Source: Escherichia phage vB_EcoP_EP32B
Length of the DNA: 64,000 nucleotides
Sequence record: OR544955
Direction: 5' to 3' (one strand)
Shown here: positions 21,575 to 32,788 of the stretch, piece after piece
How positions within the stretch are numbered: the first letter of the stretch is position 1
Layout: every line of letters starts with the position of its first letter
Notes under the pieces: generated by a model
What the model was told of the DNA's origin: nothing
What the model saw: the letters and a program-made list of their open reading frames with translations, nothing else
Database searches by the model: none
Translations under genes and position numbers: made by a program

Positions 21575-21844
21575 ATGTTTGTAGTTCATGATATTACAGA
21601 TGGCAAAAATACCACACGTGACTACGGTCATGTTAACATGTTCTTTCGAGACTGGCCATTGTTTCGTTCAGTAAAAGACGCAGAAATATTTAAAGAGTGT
21701 GTTGAACAAGGGTTCATCTACATTTCAGAATACTATGTTGAAGGTCTCGGTAAATGGATTACCACTTATCAGAAAACGCTGAAATCGCTTCTAGATGAAG
21801 TGGCTTATAATAGAACCGTAACCAAAATCGAGGACATCAAATGA
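21575..21844 (+). CDS. Hypothetical protein (30.1 position)
   Basis: 89-aa ORF immediately upstream of ligase gene. Confidence 0.45.
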   Translation: MFVVHDITDGKNTTRDYGHVNMFFRDWPLFRSVKDAEIFKECVEQGFIYISEYYVEGLGKWITTYQKTLKSLLDEVAYNRTVTKIEDIK

Positions 21845-23261
21845 TTTTAGATATTTTAAACCAAATAGCTGCGATCGGTTCTACTAAAACAAAACAGGAA
21901 ATCCTTAAGAAAAATAAGGACAACAAATTACTTGAACGTGTATATCGTTTAACGTATGCACGTGGCATTCAGTATTATATTAAGAAATGGCCAGGACCAG
22001 GTGAAAGGTCTCAAGCGTATGGCCTTCTTGAATTAGATGACATGTTGGATTTTATTGAGTTCACATTGGCCACTCGTAAACTCACTGGTAATGCAGCAAT
22101 TAAAGAGCTCATGGGTTATATCGCTCTATCGCGAATAAGGTATGGCCTGGACTTATTCAATTGCAACCGCAGATGTTAGCATCTGCATATGACGAGAAAT
22201 TGATTACTAAAAATATTAAATGGCCTGCATTTGCTCAATTAAAGGCAGATGGTGCTCGTTGTTTCGCTGAAGTTCGTGATGACGGTGTTCAATTCTTTTC
22301 TCGTGCTGGTAATGAATACCATGGTCTTACCCTATTAGCAGATGAACTAATGGAAATGACTAAAGAAGCCCGTGAAAGACACCCTAATGGGGTTTTAATC
22401 GACGGTGAATTGGTTTATCATTCATTTGATATTAAAAAGGCTGTGAGCTCAGGAAATGACCTGTCGTTCTTATTTGGCGATAATGAAGAATCTGAAGAAG
22501 TACAAGTTGCAGACCGTAGTACTTCAAATGGTTTAGCAAATAAATCTCTTCAAGGGACTATTTCTCCTAAAGAAGCGGAAGGTATGGTTCTTCAAGCCTG
22601 GGACTATGTTCCTTTAGATGAAGTCTATTCTAACGGCAAAATTAAAGGTCAGAAATACGATGTTCGTTTTGCTGCTCTTGAAAATATGGCTGAAGGCTTT
22701 AAACGAATTGAACCTATCGAAAACCAGTTAGTTCGTAATCTTGATGAAGCTAAAGTGGTTTATAAAAAATATGTTGACCAAGGTCTTGAAGGTATTATCC
22801 TTAAAAACCGTGATTCATACTGGGAAAACAAACGCTCTAAGAACCTAATTAAATTTAAAGAAGTTATTGATATCGCTTTAGAAGTTGTAGGATACTATGA
22901 ACACTCTAAAGACCCTAACAAATTAGGTGGTGTCGAACTCGTATCACGTTGTCGTCGTATTACAACCGATTGTGGTTCAGGGTTTAAAGATACAACTCAT
23001 AAAACAGTTGACGGTGTAAAGGTTCTTATTCCTTTAGATGAGCGTCATGATTTAGACCGTGAACGATTAATGGCTGAAGCTCGTGAAGGTAAATTGATTG
23101 GACGTATTGCTGATTGCGAATGTAATGGTTGGGTTCATTCTAAAGGCCGTGAAGGTACTGTAGGTATTTTCCTTCCAATTATTAAAGGGTTCCGTTTTGA
23201 TAAAACAGAAGCGGATTCGTTTGAAGACGTATTTGGACCGTGGTCCCAGACAGGTTTATAA
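21841..23261 (+). pseudogene. 30: ATP-dependent DNA ligase gene 30, broken by a frameshifting deletion near 22115-22130
   Basis: ORF 21841..22179 = MILDILNQIAAIGSTKTKQEILKKNKDNKLLERVYRLTYARGIQYYIKKWP...LTGNAAIKELMGYI then out of frame; ORF 22161..23261 carries ...KVWPGLI...QPQMLASAYDEK...LKADGARCFAEV (adenylation KxDG) to the C-terminus. About 25 residues between GYI and ANKVWPG are missing. Confidence 0.85.
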
Positions 23262-23346
23262 TGAAAGCTTATTTAGAAACAGTAGTTGTGTACGAAAAAG
23301 GCCCTAATTTTGAAGTTTATCGTACTTTGCTCCCGATTGTGGATTA

Positions 23347-23368
23347 AGAGCCTTCGGGCTCTTTTTGG
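23347..23368 (+). terminator. Intrinsic terminator after DNA ligase gene
   Basis: AGAGCC-TTCG-GGCTCT hairpin followed by TTTTGG. Confidence 0.75.
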
Positions 23369-23386
23369 CATAAATATAAATTATTA
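23369..23386 (+). promoter_or_regulatory. Possible late promoter for alt
   Basis: CATAAATATAAATT contains 7/8 matches to TATAAATA ~20 nt upstream of alt; alt is a late, virion-packaged product in T4. Confidence 0.4.
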
Positions 23387-23402
23387 CTAAAAGGAAAACA
23401 CT

Positions 23403-25475
23403 ATGTCTGAACAATTAAATGAAGTGTTTGAATCTGAAGGCAGTCTTCCTGTCGTCAATTTGAACCCTAAAGCTAAAGTTCCACAAGTCTGGAAAATTGG
23501 TGATATCGATACAAATATTGTAGTTCGTTTATTCTCTTACCTTTCCGAAGGCGATGCTGTAAAACAAGTTAAACTTGGCGATAAATACGCTCATGTTGTT
23601 ATTATGAGTCTGTCTGAAAAGGGTAATCTCGCTGAATTGAAAAATGGCCTTGGTCCTGCTCCTATTGATGCAATCAACACCATTTTCAATACAGTATATG
23701 AACAGGTTAAAGCTCTTCGTATGGATGCAGTTCTGTTCCGATTCCCTACCAAGAAATTGAAAGGACGTGGTCAGCAGCTTCAAACTCTTCTTGCTCGTTT
23801 AGTTTCTACTAAAACCGGTGGTCGTTTTAAAGTATTGTCGGCAATGTATCAATTCACAGGTAAACACACCTATGTAATGATGGTTCGTAAAAATGCCAAC
23901 ATTGAAGATATTAAAGGCATCCCTAACATTAACACAGAGTTATACACGAAAGTAGATTCTGATGTTGGCGAAGTTTATGTGAGTAAAAAGACTGGCGAAA
24001 AGGTCACCAAAGAAACGGCTATCGCTGGTTCTATTGCTGCTGTAGAAGAAAAACGTAAAGATAAGCCTGTTATTGCTCGTACTAAAATTTCTCGTCGTGC
24101 TATTGCAGCAAGTCAATCTTTAGAAGCTGACCGCCAAGAAGGTGAGTTATTCCAGAAATACGAAAATTCTGCTAAAGAAGTTAGTGGCCCGGCTACAGCC
24201 GAATTACTTCCTGAAGCATATGAAATCGTACTAGCCCAGGCATCGTCTACAGCAAAAGGCACTCTAGTTGCTGATATCGAAAATAAGATTTATAATCGTA
24301 TTGATGAATCCTTTAGATTTGCTGATGAAGTTTCTTATGGTAGTGTTATTAAGCCAACTTTAGAAAAGTTTGCTAAGAAAATTAAAACTGAAAAAACAAC
24401 ATCTGTTAAAGCATTAGCTGCTTTTGTTGAAGCTGCAAACGAAATTGCAGACTCTATTAAAGACGAATGGTTTGAAGATTTTAGACGAGATAATTTCCAA
24501 CTGGCTGACGACGTTTTAGCTGAAGTATCTGAAAGAACTTGGAAACAACGTAAATCAGCGTTCTTGTCTAATGTGATGTATACTTATGCACGAGAATCGG
24601 CTAGAGGCACCTTTAATATAACAATGAATCGGGACCCTAAACAATACTCTGTTGCTGAAAAACGAGCTATTCGCGAATATGCCTCTTCTGCGTATACCGA
24701 TATCAATAATATGTTGTTAGGTCGTTATAAACCAGATTTTTACGATGTTGCAGATGAAGATGAAGTTAAACGCGCTATTGATGGTCTTGATTCGGCGTTT
24801 TTAAATGGAGACCGTTTACCTGAAGGACTAACGTTATATAGAGCTCAGTCTATCAGAATGCCTATTTACGAAGCAATGGTTAAAAATAAGGTATTCTATT
24901 TCAGAAACTATGTTTCTACTTCATTAGCTCCTATTATTTTTGGCGGGTTTAAAGAGAACGTTGCCCTTGGACTTGCTCCTGAAGAAGTTCGCAAAGAGCT
25001 TAACATTGACAATAATGACGAAGGTGTTACTATTTCTCCTAGTCAAGTAAGAACAGCTATGCATGCGCCAGAACAAATTCGTGTTAACGTTGGATGGGCT
25101 ATTGATGGCGCTCATAAAGTTAACGTGATTTATCCGGGGCAGTTGAGTAATCACCCTAATGAGCAAGAAATTATTTTGCCTAGAGGCATTCTCTTGCAGA
25201 TAAATAAAATTACAGATGCGTCATCTGACACCGGTGCAGGTTTAGAATCCAACCTTAAATTTATTCAAGCTGAAGTTATGTCCTCAGACCAGTTGGACGA
25301 AGCTGTCATTTACGATGGTGATGTTCTCATGGAAACAGGCGAGGTAGTTGCTATGACGGGTGAAATCGAATCAGATGAGCCGGTATCTTTTGCCTCATTT
25401 GTAGAAAAAACTAGTGCTCCTAAAGGATTGAAACTGTTAGCATCTTTGGTTCCGTTTAAATTTGTCCAAGGATAG
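23403..25475 (+). CDS. alt: Alt ADP-ribosyltransferase (virion-packaged)
   Basis: 690 aa (T4 Alt 682); position between ligase and gene 54; ART-type R...STS...E pattern in C-terminal half (...YVSTSLAP...). Confidence 0.75.
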   Translation: MSEQLNEVFESEGSLPVVNLNPKAKVPQVWKIGDIDTNIVVRLFSYLSEGDAVKQVKLGDKYAHVVIMSLSEKGNLAELKNGLGPAPIDAINTIFNTVYEQVKALRMDAVLFRFPTKKLKGRGQQLQTLLARLVSTKTGGRFKVLSAMYQFTGKHTYVMMVRKNANIEDIKGIPNINTELYTKVDSDVGEVYVSKKTGEKVTKETAIAGSIAAVEEKRKDKPVIARTKISRRAIAASQSLEADRQEGELFQKYENSAKEVSGPATAELLPEAYEIVLAQASSTAKGTLVADIENKIYNRIDESFRFADEVSYGSVIKPTLEKFAKKIKTEKTTSVKALAAFVEAANEIADSIKDEWFEDFRRDNFQLADDVLAEVSERTWKQRKSAFLSNVMYTYARESARGTFNITMNRDPKQYSVAEKRAIREYASSAYTDINNMLLGRYKPDFYDVADEDEVKRAIDGLDSAFLNGDRLPEGLTLYRAQSIRMPIYEAMVKNKVFYFRNYVSTSLAPIIFGGFKENVALGLAPEEVRKELNIDNNDEGVTISPSQVRTAMHAPEQIRVNVGWAIDGAHKVNVIYPGQLSNHPNEQEIILPRGILLQINKITDASSDTGAGLESNLKFIQAEVMSSDQLDEAVIYDGDVLMETGEVVAMTGEIESDEPVSFASFVEKTSAPKGLKLLASLVPFKFVQG

Positions 25476-25504
25476 TTTACAAACACATGGATGTGTGATA
25501 CTAT
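25475..25504 (+). promoter_or_regulatory. T4-type early promoter
   Basis: GTTTAC 25475-25480; TGATACTAT -10. Confidence 0.6.
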
Positions 25505-25533
25505 CATCCCATCAACAACATGAGGAAAACGTT

Positions 25534-25827
25534 ATGAAATCTATGCTTCGCTTTAATGGTCAAGAACTAGTAGTTGAAGATGCTATCCCAGCGGATGATG
25601 TTTTTAACGAAGCTGTGATTGACGAATTGAATCGAGTATTCCCAGGTGCATTCCATATTGCTATGGAACCTCTTAAAAACTTTCGTGACCCTGAGCACAC
25701 TGATCAAATTTTTATCGGTGTCGTGACAGGTCATTTAGAAACAGAGGTACCAATGGTCGTATTAGTTAAATACTCTAAAGATGATACTCCATTCCGAGCA
25801 CCAGCATTCCTTTCATTCCGTAAATAA
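25534..25827 (+). CDS. Hypothetical protein (alt-downstream ORF)
   Basis: ATG at 25534 with GAGGAAA RBS (track ORF 25462 begins earlier); early promoter 25475-25504; terminator follows. Confidence 0.5.
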   Translation: MKSMLRFNGQELVVEDAIPADDVFNEAVIDELNRVFPGAFHIAMEPLKNFRDPEHTDQIFIGVVTGHLETEVPMVVLVKYSKDDTPFRAPAFLSFRK

Positions 25828-25835
25828 ACCCCTAA

Positions 25836-25858
25836 AGGGAGACAACGTCTCCCTTTTT
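25836..25858. terminator. Bidirectional terminator between the alt-side plus genes and gene 54
   Basis: AAAGGGAGAC-AACG-TCTCCCTTTTT: hairpin flanked by A-run and T-run between convergent genes. Confidence 0.75.
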
Positions 25859-25862
25859 CTTC

Positions 25863-26825
25863 TTATAGACCTAAAACTCTTGATGCAGAATTCACCACAC
25901 CTGTCAATGTGTTTATATTAGACACACCACCAGCAGTCCCACCTAATCTAGAAAGTCTTGATACTGCACTTCCTAGTCCAGAATCATTCTGATTATTTCC
26001 AAACATTCCTGAAACACTACTAATAAGTCCTGATTCCAGCCATTCTAAAGCAGCCTGTCTATTTACAGCACCTGATTGCATAACGCGATAAGCAAATGTT
26101 ACATCAAAAACTGTTATCTGATTATCACCATCATACGTTAACTCAGGAGAAGAGACACTAACAGGAATACATCCTGTGAACATGACAGCGGTATGTGGTA
26201 AACCATTTCGTGCGTGTAAATTAACCTGAATATCTGCTTCGACGTCTTGTGGTAAAGCACGAAGACCTGTTACAGGGTCTTGGACTGAGTTTACCCAGTC
26301 TTGCATTGCTCTAAAGTTAGATGCTTCGGAATCCATTCTAAAGCTTATTACTAACGGGTCCATTTCACGACCGGTAATTCGGATGTTCGGGGAGTTATAG
26401 TTGAAATCCGTTTCATAAGATAATCGGTTCTCAGGCATTTTTACAGAATAAATCATTAAACCTGTATTATTATATGCCATATTGAAGAAGTCTATCAGAT
26501 AAGTTCCTACTGTGAACTCACCTAACAAGCTTTGTACCGTACGTTGACTCATTGCTCCAATCAGATATTTACTTGCACCCGATTTTCGAATTAATTTCTG
26601 TGTTCCTGCTGTAATCAGGGTTGTTACACCCTGATTGATATCACCTCGAGTTAATCCTAACCAATCTGAATCCAACCCTAAGTTATTATAAGCAAAACTA
26701 CCAATTGACGAAATTAGTGAAGATGATTTGGTCGATGGGGTAGTAGCAAATACACAACTAAACATATTGTTTCGTTGGAAATCCGCATTTATAGCGTGGT
26801 TATTAAATTCTTCTAAAGAGTACAT
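25863..26825 (-). CDS. 54: Baseplate tail-tube initiator gp54
   Basis: 320 aa, identical to T4 gp54 length; synteny 48-54-alt. Confidence 0.8.
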   Translation of the reverse strand: MYSLEEFNNHAINADFQRNNMFSCVFATTPSTKSSSLISSIGSFAYNNLGLDSDWLGLTRGDINQGVTTLITAGTQKLIRKSGASKYLIGAMSQRTVQSLLGEFTVGTYLIDFFNMAYNNTGLMIYSVKMPENRLSYETDFNYNSPNIRITGREMDPLVISFRMDSEASNFRAMQDWVNSVQDPVTGLRALPQDVEADIQVNLHARNGLPHTAVMFTGCIPVSVSSPELTYDGDNQITVFDVTFAYRVMQSGAVNRQAALEWLESGLISSVSGMFGNNQNDSGLGSAVSRLSRLGGTAGGVSNINTLTGVVNSASRVLGL

Positions 26826-27934
26826 TAGAAAGTCCCCGCATAAAGTGAAGAACGGTTTAATGTAATAATTTCTCGCATTGTTATCTCTAACGTAAATGTT
26901 GATGGTAAGTTAGGAGCAACAGCGAGACCATTAAATTGTCCATTTGGAGTTTTATCAAAACGTACGCTTTGAATTTGACATGGGCCAAATACGTCAGTTA
27001 ATCCATCAAATTTAGATGTATAACCAAAGTTTTTAACCATCCAAATTGTAGGGTTGCTTACAACTAATACGTTTGTTAATGACGCAGTAATCTTTTCAAA
27101 CAATGTCTTATTTTTTACTGCATCATCTGGCGTCATAGGCTCAATAAACGTTGAACGGTACCATTCGTCTAAATAACTTTTAATCTCTTGGGCATACTGT
27201 GATTTACCAGTCTCACCATAAGAGAAATAGTTAAAATACTGGTAAATGTTTATAATAGCCATAAGGTCTTCAGTCGAACGTGGAGTTAAATCCCATGTAA
27301 AGACTTTAGTACGGTTCTCAGCACCGCCATACATACTACGAGAAGTCGTATAAATCTGTTCGTTGTTATCAGCCATAAGCCCCTGAGTAATAGAATCTAA
27401 TGCACCAAAGACTGCAGTAGAAGCAATGTTACTTAAAACACCTGTAGCAGTACCTCCACCTTTAGTAATAAGGCTATCACCGATATCATTAAAACGATGT
27501 GAAGTTGTATCAACATCAGATTTGGAACGTGGCAAAAGTATATTAGCAACAGGAGTTTTGTTTATAGTAGACTTATTAGCTCCGGCAGGAAGCAATCCAT
27601 TTGAGAATTTAGTCACTGCATCTTTCACATTATCAGTTAAATCTGATATGATACCATTAGATGAAGTCCCGGCATACGCCGGACGTAAATTCCTGAGGGA
27701 TCCTGAATCGCGTGCAGACATATTGTACGCGGTAAATAATAATCCATTCTTATAAAGGTCTGTTACCTGGAAGTCTCCTGTGGAGTCATTTCCGGCTGCT
27801 CTTCCTGTAGGAAATTGAGCAACATAAGTTTTAGTAGTTGTTTCGGTTTTAGTGCTTTGCCCAGCACTTTCTGAGACTGGGATTGCTTTATTTAAATCCT
27901 TTGCATCTACTACTATTTCTTTTACACTAATCAT
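26825..27934 (-). CDS. 48: Baseplate tail-tube cap gp48
   Basis: 369 aa (T4 364); synteny 29-48-54. Confidence 0.8.
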   Translation of the reverse strand: MISVKEIVVDAKDLNKAIPVSESAGQSTKTETTTKTYVAQFPTGRAAGNDSTGDFQVTDLYKNGLLFTAYNMSARDSGSLRNLRPAYAGTSSNGIISDLTDNVKDAVTKFSNGLLPAGANKSTINKTPVANILLPRSKSDVDTTSHRFNDIGDSLITKGGGTATGVLSNIASTAVFGALDSITQGLMADNNEQIYTTSRSMYGGAENRTKVFTWDLTPRSTEDLMAIINIYQYFNYFSYGETGKSQYAQEIKSYLDEWYRSTFIEPMTPDDAVKNKTLFEKITASLTNVLVVSNPTIWMVKNFGYTSKFDGLTDVFGPCQIQSVRFDKTPNGQFNGLAVAPNLPSTFTLEITMREIITLNRSSLYAGTF

Positions 27935-27942
27935 AATAATCC

Positions 27943-29715
27943 TTAATTAACACCGGTGGCATGGAAAATTCCAGGAGCCGTTGTACTTGTTACAGGGGTC
28001 ATATTCTGGACTACGGTATTCTTTTTGACGACATTATTTGTGTTACTAATCGCCGCTACCGGTTGCTGTTGTTTAGATTCAGAAGCACGTCCTTTCTCTA
28101 TTGACTGAACTTGTTTTGCTTCCGGAGATTTAGTCGAAGATTCAGGCTTAACTGTTGTCTGAGCCTTTTTGGCTTCAGCCATTTTATTATTTAGCTTTTC
28201 AAATCTAGCATCTATTTCCTTTTTAACAACAGGAGTTTTATTAAGTTCAGGGTCTTTAATAAGTTTACTTAAATCAGCATAAGACTTCTCGACGTTTTTA
28301 GCATTTTCTGGATTAGTCATATCGATTTTATCGATATAATCCTCAAATCTAACCAGTGCCGCACGAGTTTCATTAGCTTTTATGTACGCCTCTTTACGCT
28401 CCTCTTCAGGTAACTCTTTTAATTTTGCTGATTCCGCAGCACGCTCATCGCTTGTACTAAACTCTTCTTTATTGTCATTACCACGAACCCAGTTAGTAAC
28501 GAATGTTTTGCCGCGTTGTAACATATCAAGACCTTTAGAAACGGTTCCTAATTCCCCATCGTCACGCTTCATTTGATATTTAGCGACTTTCTCTTGGTCT
28601 TCTTTCTTTAATTTGTTTCCAGTAGTTTCTTGGAATCCTTCCAAAGCACGTCCTTCTATTTCGTCCGCGGTATCGCCAAAACCTATAGCACGCAATATAG
28701 ACGCAGAGAGTTTAGCCATTCCTAATTGAATTAGTTCACCTAAGTTCATTAATGCTGTTCCTACACCTTTGACAATAGCAACGGTTAAACCACCCCAGTC
28801 TCCAGCTTCCCATAATTGTTTTATCGAGTCAACAGAGGTGAATATATCACTTAAGAATTTACCCCACTCTTTAGCTTCATCGGAGAATTTAGTAAAGTTT
28901 TCATCAAATAAATCCCAGGCAGAAGTGAACTTGTCTGTCCAATATTTGAAATGGACTATCAATAAATCAATACCAATAACAATACCAAGAATAAGTGCAG
29001 CCATTTTTGCTGCTTCAATAGCAGCCGTTATAGTGTATTTGAAAAGCATTCCAGCAATTCTGTCTGAAATTGATATTGATTTATTAAACCCGGTTTGAAC
29101 TGTTTTTGTGAGCATTGCAATTTTATCGCTCAATTTAAAGCTAATTCCGCCTTTAGAATCGGAAGTAGAATTAGCACTTTCTTGAACCGGGGCCGGGAAG
29201 AAATCTTCGTCTGGCTTATTATCAATCTTTTCAGGTGTAGGTAATGCTTTAAACAACTCGTCAGAAGTTTCATTCTCAACCACTTTAACAGGTATTGCGT
29301 TCTCAATTACTTCAAGAGAGGTGCCTCCTGTATTTTGAATAGCGGTAGATGTTTGTAATTTTTGCTCTAATAATGTAGCTAATCGGTCTAACTTAGAGCT
29401 TATTGCACTAGAAACTTCGTTTATACTTTTAGTGACTTCAGTTTGTTTTTCAATAACTTCTGCGATAAGCTCTGTGCCTTCAGCAGTATTATCTGTCGAA
29501 TTCTTTAAGTCTCCAATTGATTCAATAATTCCATTGCCTTTATCTTCTACACTTTGTGATGTGAGTTCAGACGCGGCTTGGACATCGTCTAGTTTTGATG
29601 AAATGTCATTCAATGCTTCTAATGAATCGGTAGCTGCTGTTGCAGCTACTTTTTGTGGTTTATTATCGGCAATGACCTTATTTCTACGCATGGATTTCAT
29701 TTCTTCAGGTTTCAT
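27943..29715 (-). CDS. 29: Baseplate hub / tail length determinator gp29
   Basis: 590 aa, identical to T4 gp29 length; synteny. Confidence 0.8.
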   Translation of the reverse strand: MKPEEMKSMRRNKVIADNKPQKVAATAATDSLEALNDISSKLDDVQAASELTSQSVEDKGNGIIESIGDLKNSTDNTAEGTELIAEVIEKQTEVTKSINEVSSAISSKLDRLATLLEQKLQTSTAIQNTGGTSLEVIENAIPVKVVENETSDELFKALPTPEKIDNKPDEDFFPAPVQESANSTSDSKGGISFKLSDKIAMLTKTVQTGFNKSISISDRIAGMLFKYTITAAIEAAKMAALILGIVIGIDLLIVHFKYWTDKFTSAWDLFDENFTKFSDEAKEWGKFLSDIFTSVDSIKQLWEAGDWGGLTVAIVKGVGTALMNLGELIQLGMAKLSASILRAIGFGDTADEIEGRALEGFQETTGNKLKKEDQEKVAKYQMKRDDGELGTVSKGLDMLQRGKTFVTNWVRGNDNKEEFSTSDERAAESAKLKELPEEERKEAYIKANETRAALVRFEDYIDKIDMTNPENAKNVEKSYADLSKLIKDPELNKTPVVKKEIDARFEKLNNKMAEAKKAQTTVKPESSTKSPEAKQVQSIEKGRASESKQQQPVAAISNTNNVVKKNTVVQNMTPVTSTTAPGIFHATGVN

Positions 29716-30245
29716 TCAAGCAATCCAATAATTTCTGCTATACCCTTAATAGGACCATTAGGGCCTGGAATAGCAATAGTTGTCGAAAGGTCTTCTGCCC
29801 ATTTGATTACAAAAGCAGGCATCTCAAGGAAAGAAATTTCTTTCTCTTCGTCATTAACTTTTATTAAGCAATTTGATAGCATTTCACTGATTGTAGCGAA
29901 TTGTTCAAATTTGCCTGGAGGTCTAAAATAAAAAGTATTGCCTTGGAATTGGAATTCTGTTCGTTGGCATACATAGACGTCATCTAGTTTATAAGTGAAT
30001 CCATCTTTTTCAACTTCAGACTTAAGTTTGTTATTAAATTCCAATATGTGTAGACATGCAAAATCAAAATCTGCGGGACTCATATTTTTACAAATAGAAT
30101 CAGCTAAGATTTTCATGTTTTCGTCAGGACCTTTAACGTCCTTTAAAAGATTATAATGTTTGAGCCCTAATTTAGGAATCATTACCTTTTTATTAGACTG
30201 TGGTAGAATTATTTTCTTTAGAGGTAGAATCAGATTTAAGTTCAT
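29712..30245 (-). CDS. 28: Baseplate hub distal subunit gp28
   Basis: 177 aa, identical to T4 gp28 length. Confidence 0.75.
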   Translation of the reverse strand: MNLNLILPLKKIILPQSNKKVMIPKLGLKHYNLLKDVKGPDENMKILADSICKNMSPADFDFACLHILEFNNKLKSEVEKDGFTYKLDDVYVCQRTEFQFQGNTFYFRPPGKFEQFATISEMLSNCLIKVNDEEKEISFLEMPAFVIKWAEDLSTTIAIPGPNGPIKGIAEIIGLLE

Positions 30246-31365
30246 TTTTAACCTTAACTGGGTTAACAGGTTCTAACACCATTGAGTTGGTAAACATGTA
30301 CAGATGAGTTTGTGAGTTGTTATTTGATAACTCATGAATAACTTCATCTACGTAAAATTCGGATTTGAATTGGTTCTTTTGGTCAACAAATATAATTTTA
30401 GTAGCAGGCGTTATGTTAAAATTACCTGTAGTAGTACATTTAGCATATCCGTCATATTGAGCCATTGTCTGAAGACGACTTGCTTCTTCAAATCCATTAC
30501 GATAGGTCATTTCGGAATATCCACCGGATCTTGACACAACAATAGCATTATCACCATCACCTGTAACAATAACCGGAATAGATGTATCTAAAAATGAATG
30601 AGCGAATATCGTGGCGTTTTTAATAGGGTCTCTTGTAAATTGGTTAGCTTTAGTCATCCAGGTGAAATCCCATACTAATGGATACTCAAGCTCTTGAATA
30701 TACTGACCTACAGTATTTGGCTCACCTACAATCATCTTAATGCCTTCCTGACCAATAAGAGTATCGTAGTCAATCATGTTTACGCCTAAAATATCTTGCC
30801 ATACGAATACGAACTTATCACTCGCTGTAGCAAGTCCTAATTCTCTGACATATGCCAAATAATCATCAAATGTGCTTGTCCAAGGAATATCAGGAACATA
30901 AGCATTAATAGTGTTTATTGGCGGAGTAATTAACGTACGGTCTTTATATATGACACCTAACATTTCACGTATAGATTCTCCTGCGTCTGAGAAGAATGGT
31001 CGCCCAAATTTAAGGTTCTCTATAGAATGTATTGTTCCAAGCTCAATTGCAATAATATTGTCACCTTTTGAGTCCACAGACACAGAATAATGTCTACATC
31101 CGTAAATTCGAGTTCTAACTTGGAGAGGCGTGTTTGAATTTGAAACAGAGATTTGAACTATCTGTCTACCATCCATTTTAGTGTGGATGTTTTTAGTGTC
31201 ATAAAATTGAAGAATCCCTTCATTTCTTCCATATAGTGAATCTCGCATGGTTAAAGTTGTTATTGTTGCTGCGAGTTCAACATATCTATTTTCTTGCCAA
31301 GCAGAATAATCTTGGTATAATTTAACGCTTAAGTTAGGATATCCTGGACGTTGGAATACTGTCAT
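30193..31365 (-). CDS. 27: Baseplate hub subunit gp27
   Basis: 390 aa (T4 391). Confidence 0.8.
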   Translation of the reverse strand: MTVFQRPGYPNLSVKLYQDYSAWQENRYVELAATITTLTMRDSLYGRNEGILQFYDTKNIHTKMDGRQIVQISVSNSNTPLQVRTRIYGCRHYSVSVDSKGDNIIAIELGTIHSIENLKFGRPFFSDAGESIREMLGVIYKDRTLITPPINTINAYVPDIPWTSTFDDYLAYVRELGLATASDKFVFVWQDILGVNMIDYDTLIGQEGIKMIVGEPNTVGQYIQELEYPLVWDFTWMTKANQFTRDPIKNATIFAHSFLDTSIPVIVTGDGDNAIVVSRSGGYSEMTYRNGFEEASRLQTMAQYDGYAKCTTTGNFNITPATKIIFVDQKNQFKSEFYVDEVIHELSNNNSQTHLYMFTNSMVLEPVNPVKVKNELKSDSTSKENNSTTV

Positions 31366-32114
31366 TTTTTATGGTCCTTTTCTACTAATGTTAAAGCAAT
31401 ACCACGTTCAACAGGAATCATTTGCATAATAGAATCCAATGTGTATTGACTCTTTACTAGTGAATGGTTTATCTGATAGAATGTAAAAATCTCATCAGGG
31501 TTAACTAACAATTTAAAAACCTCTAAGATATCAGTATATGTTTTAACATGACGTTCACAACAACCTAATCTAAGGGTCAAATTAATAGGATTCATAGAAG
31601 CAATAACCTTCTCGAGCGAGTCAATGTCTATTGCTTCTATTACTTGGATTTGGTTCTCTTCAGTCAAATCATTCCATGGGTACCATTCATCATTATAATA
31701 TATTTCTTTTATGTTTTCACTTATCATTAATGCTTTATTGTCATAAAACTTTTCAGGGAAAGAAAAACGTATTTTTATACCAGCAACATCAAGTTCAGGT
31801 TCGACTAGTTCTTTTTGATATATCTCAAATGGTGCAGTTTTTTCTTTAGAGCATTTAGGGCAAGTGAAAATAACGGGAACTTTTGTTTTGCCTATAGAGC
31901 CTGCAAAAACTTGCAGGAATATAAATGGTTGCCATGTTTTAGGGTACTCGCCAAAATAATCATCAATCAGATCGGCAATTATTTCTTTTTGTTCTTGCGG
32001 CGAACGATGTTCGATATCATTTCTAACTAGTAAAAAGTCTCTATAATCCGCTACGGTGAACGGCTTGAAACGATGAACACCATCCGGTAATTTACAACGA
32101 ATTATATTAGCCAT
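31362..32114 (-). CDS. 51: Baseplate hub assembly catalyst gp51
   Basis: 250 aa (T4 249); late promoter 18 nt upstream. Confidence 0.75.
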   Translation of the reverse strand: MANIIRCKLPDGVHRFKPFTVADYRDFLLVRNDIEHRSPQEQKEIIADLIDDYFGEYPKTWQPFIFLQVFAGSIGKTKVPVIFTCPKCSKEKTAPFEIYQKELVEPELDVAGIKIRFSFPEKFYDNKALMISENIKEIYYNDEWYPWNDLTEENQIQVIEAIDIDSLEKVIASMNPINLTLRLGCCERHVKTYTDILEVFKLLVNPDEIFTFYQINHSLVKSQYTLDSIMQMIPVERGIALTLVEKDHKK

Positions 32115-32131
32115 AATTACTCCTTTTCTAT

Positions 32132-32143
32132 TATTTATAAATA
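32132..32143. promoter_or_regulatory. Divergent overlapping late promoters (gene 51 on minus, genes 26-25 on plus)
   Basis: Sequence TATTTATAAATA: plus-strand TATAAATA (32136-32143) 19 nt upstream of gene 26; minus-strand TATAAATA (rc of 32132-32139) 18 nt upstream of gene 51. Confidence 0.65.
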
Positions 32144-32161
32144 CACAATAAAGGAGTTAAC

Positions 32162-32788
32162 ATGTACAAATATACATTTACCGTACGTTTAGGCGATAAA
32201 GAAGTGAATTGTAGAGCTTTTACTTTAAAAGAATATTTAGGACTCATAGGTGCGCGGGCTACCGGTACTATTGAATCAGCAGTGAACAATATTATCACTA
32301 ATTGCTCTAATGCTAAAAACTTGACCAAACAAGAAGCCGAGCTATTGTTGGTAAATCTGTGGGCACATTCATTAGGTGAAGTGAATCAAGAACACACCTG
32401 GAATTGTTCCTGTGGGCATTCATTTCAAGTCTATATGAATTTATTGCACACTCAATTAGATGAACAGGCCGATCCATGGTATTCGTTCAGTGGTATTAAA
32501 ATTAAGTTCCGTCAACCTAAATTATTTGACGATAAAAATATCGCATTAATGATTGCTTCATGTATTGAGGCCGTTTTTGTCAATGGAGAGTCCATCCCTG
32601 TTGAAGATTTAACTGAAGCAGAAATAAATGACCTTTACGGCCTTATAACAGAAGATGACATGATCAATATTAAAAATCTTTTGGTATCGCCATCAATTTA
32701 TCTGGCAACCCCTATTAAATGTCCCAAATGTGGGGCGTCACACGTTCACACAATACGAGGCCTCAAAGAATTCTTTGAGTTACTATAA
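32162..32788 (+). CDS. 26: Baseplate hub subunit gp26
   Basis: 208 aa, identical to T4 gp26 length; divergent from gene 51. Confidence 0.75.
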   Translation: MYKYTFTVRLGDKEVNCRAFTLKEYLGLIGARATGTIESAVNNIITNCSNAKNLTKQEAELLLVNLWAHSLGEVNQEHTWNCSCGHSFQVYMNLLHTQLDEQADPWYSFSGIKIKFRQPKLFDDKNIALMIASCIEAVFVNGESIPVEDLTEAEINDLYGLITEDDMINIKNLLVSPSIYLATPIKCPKCGASHVHTIRGLKEFFELL

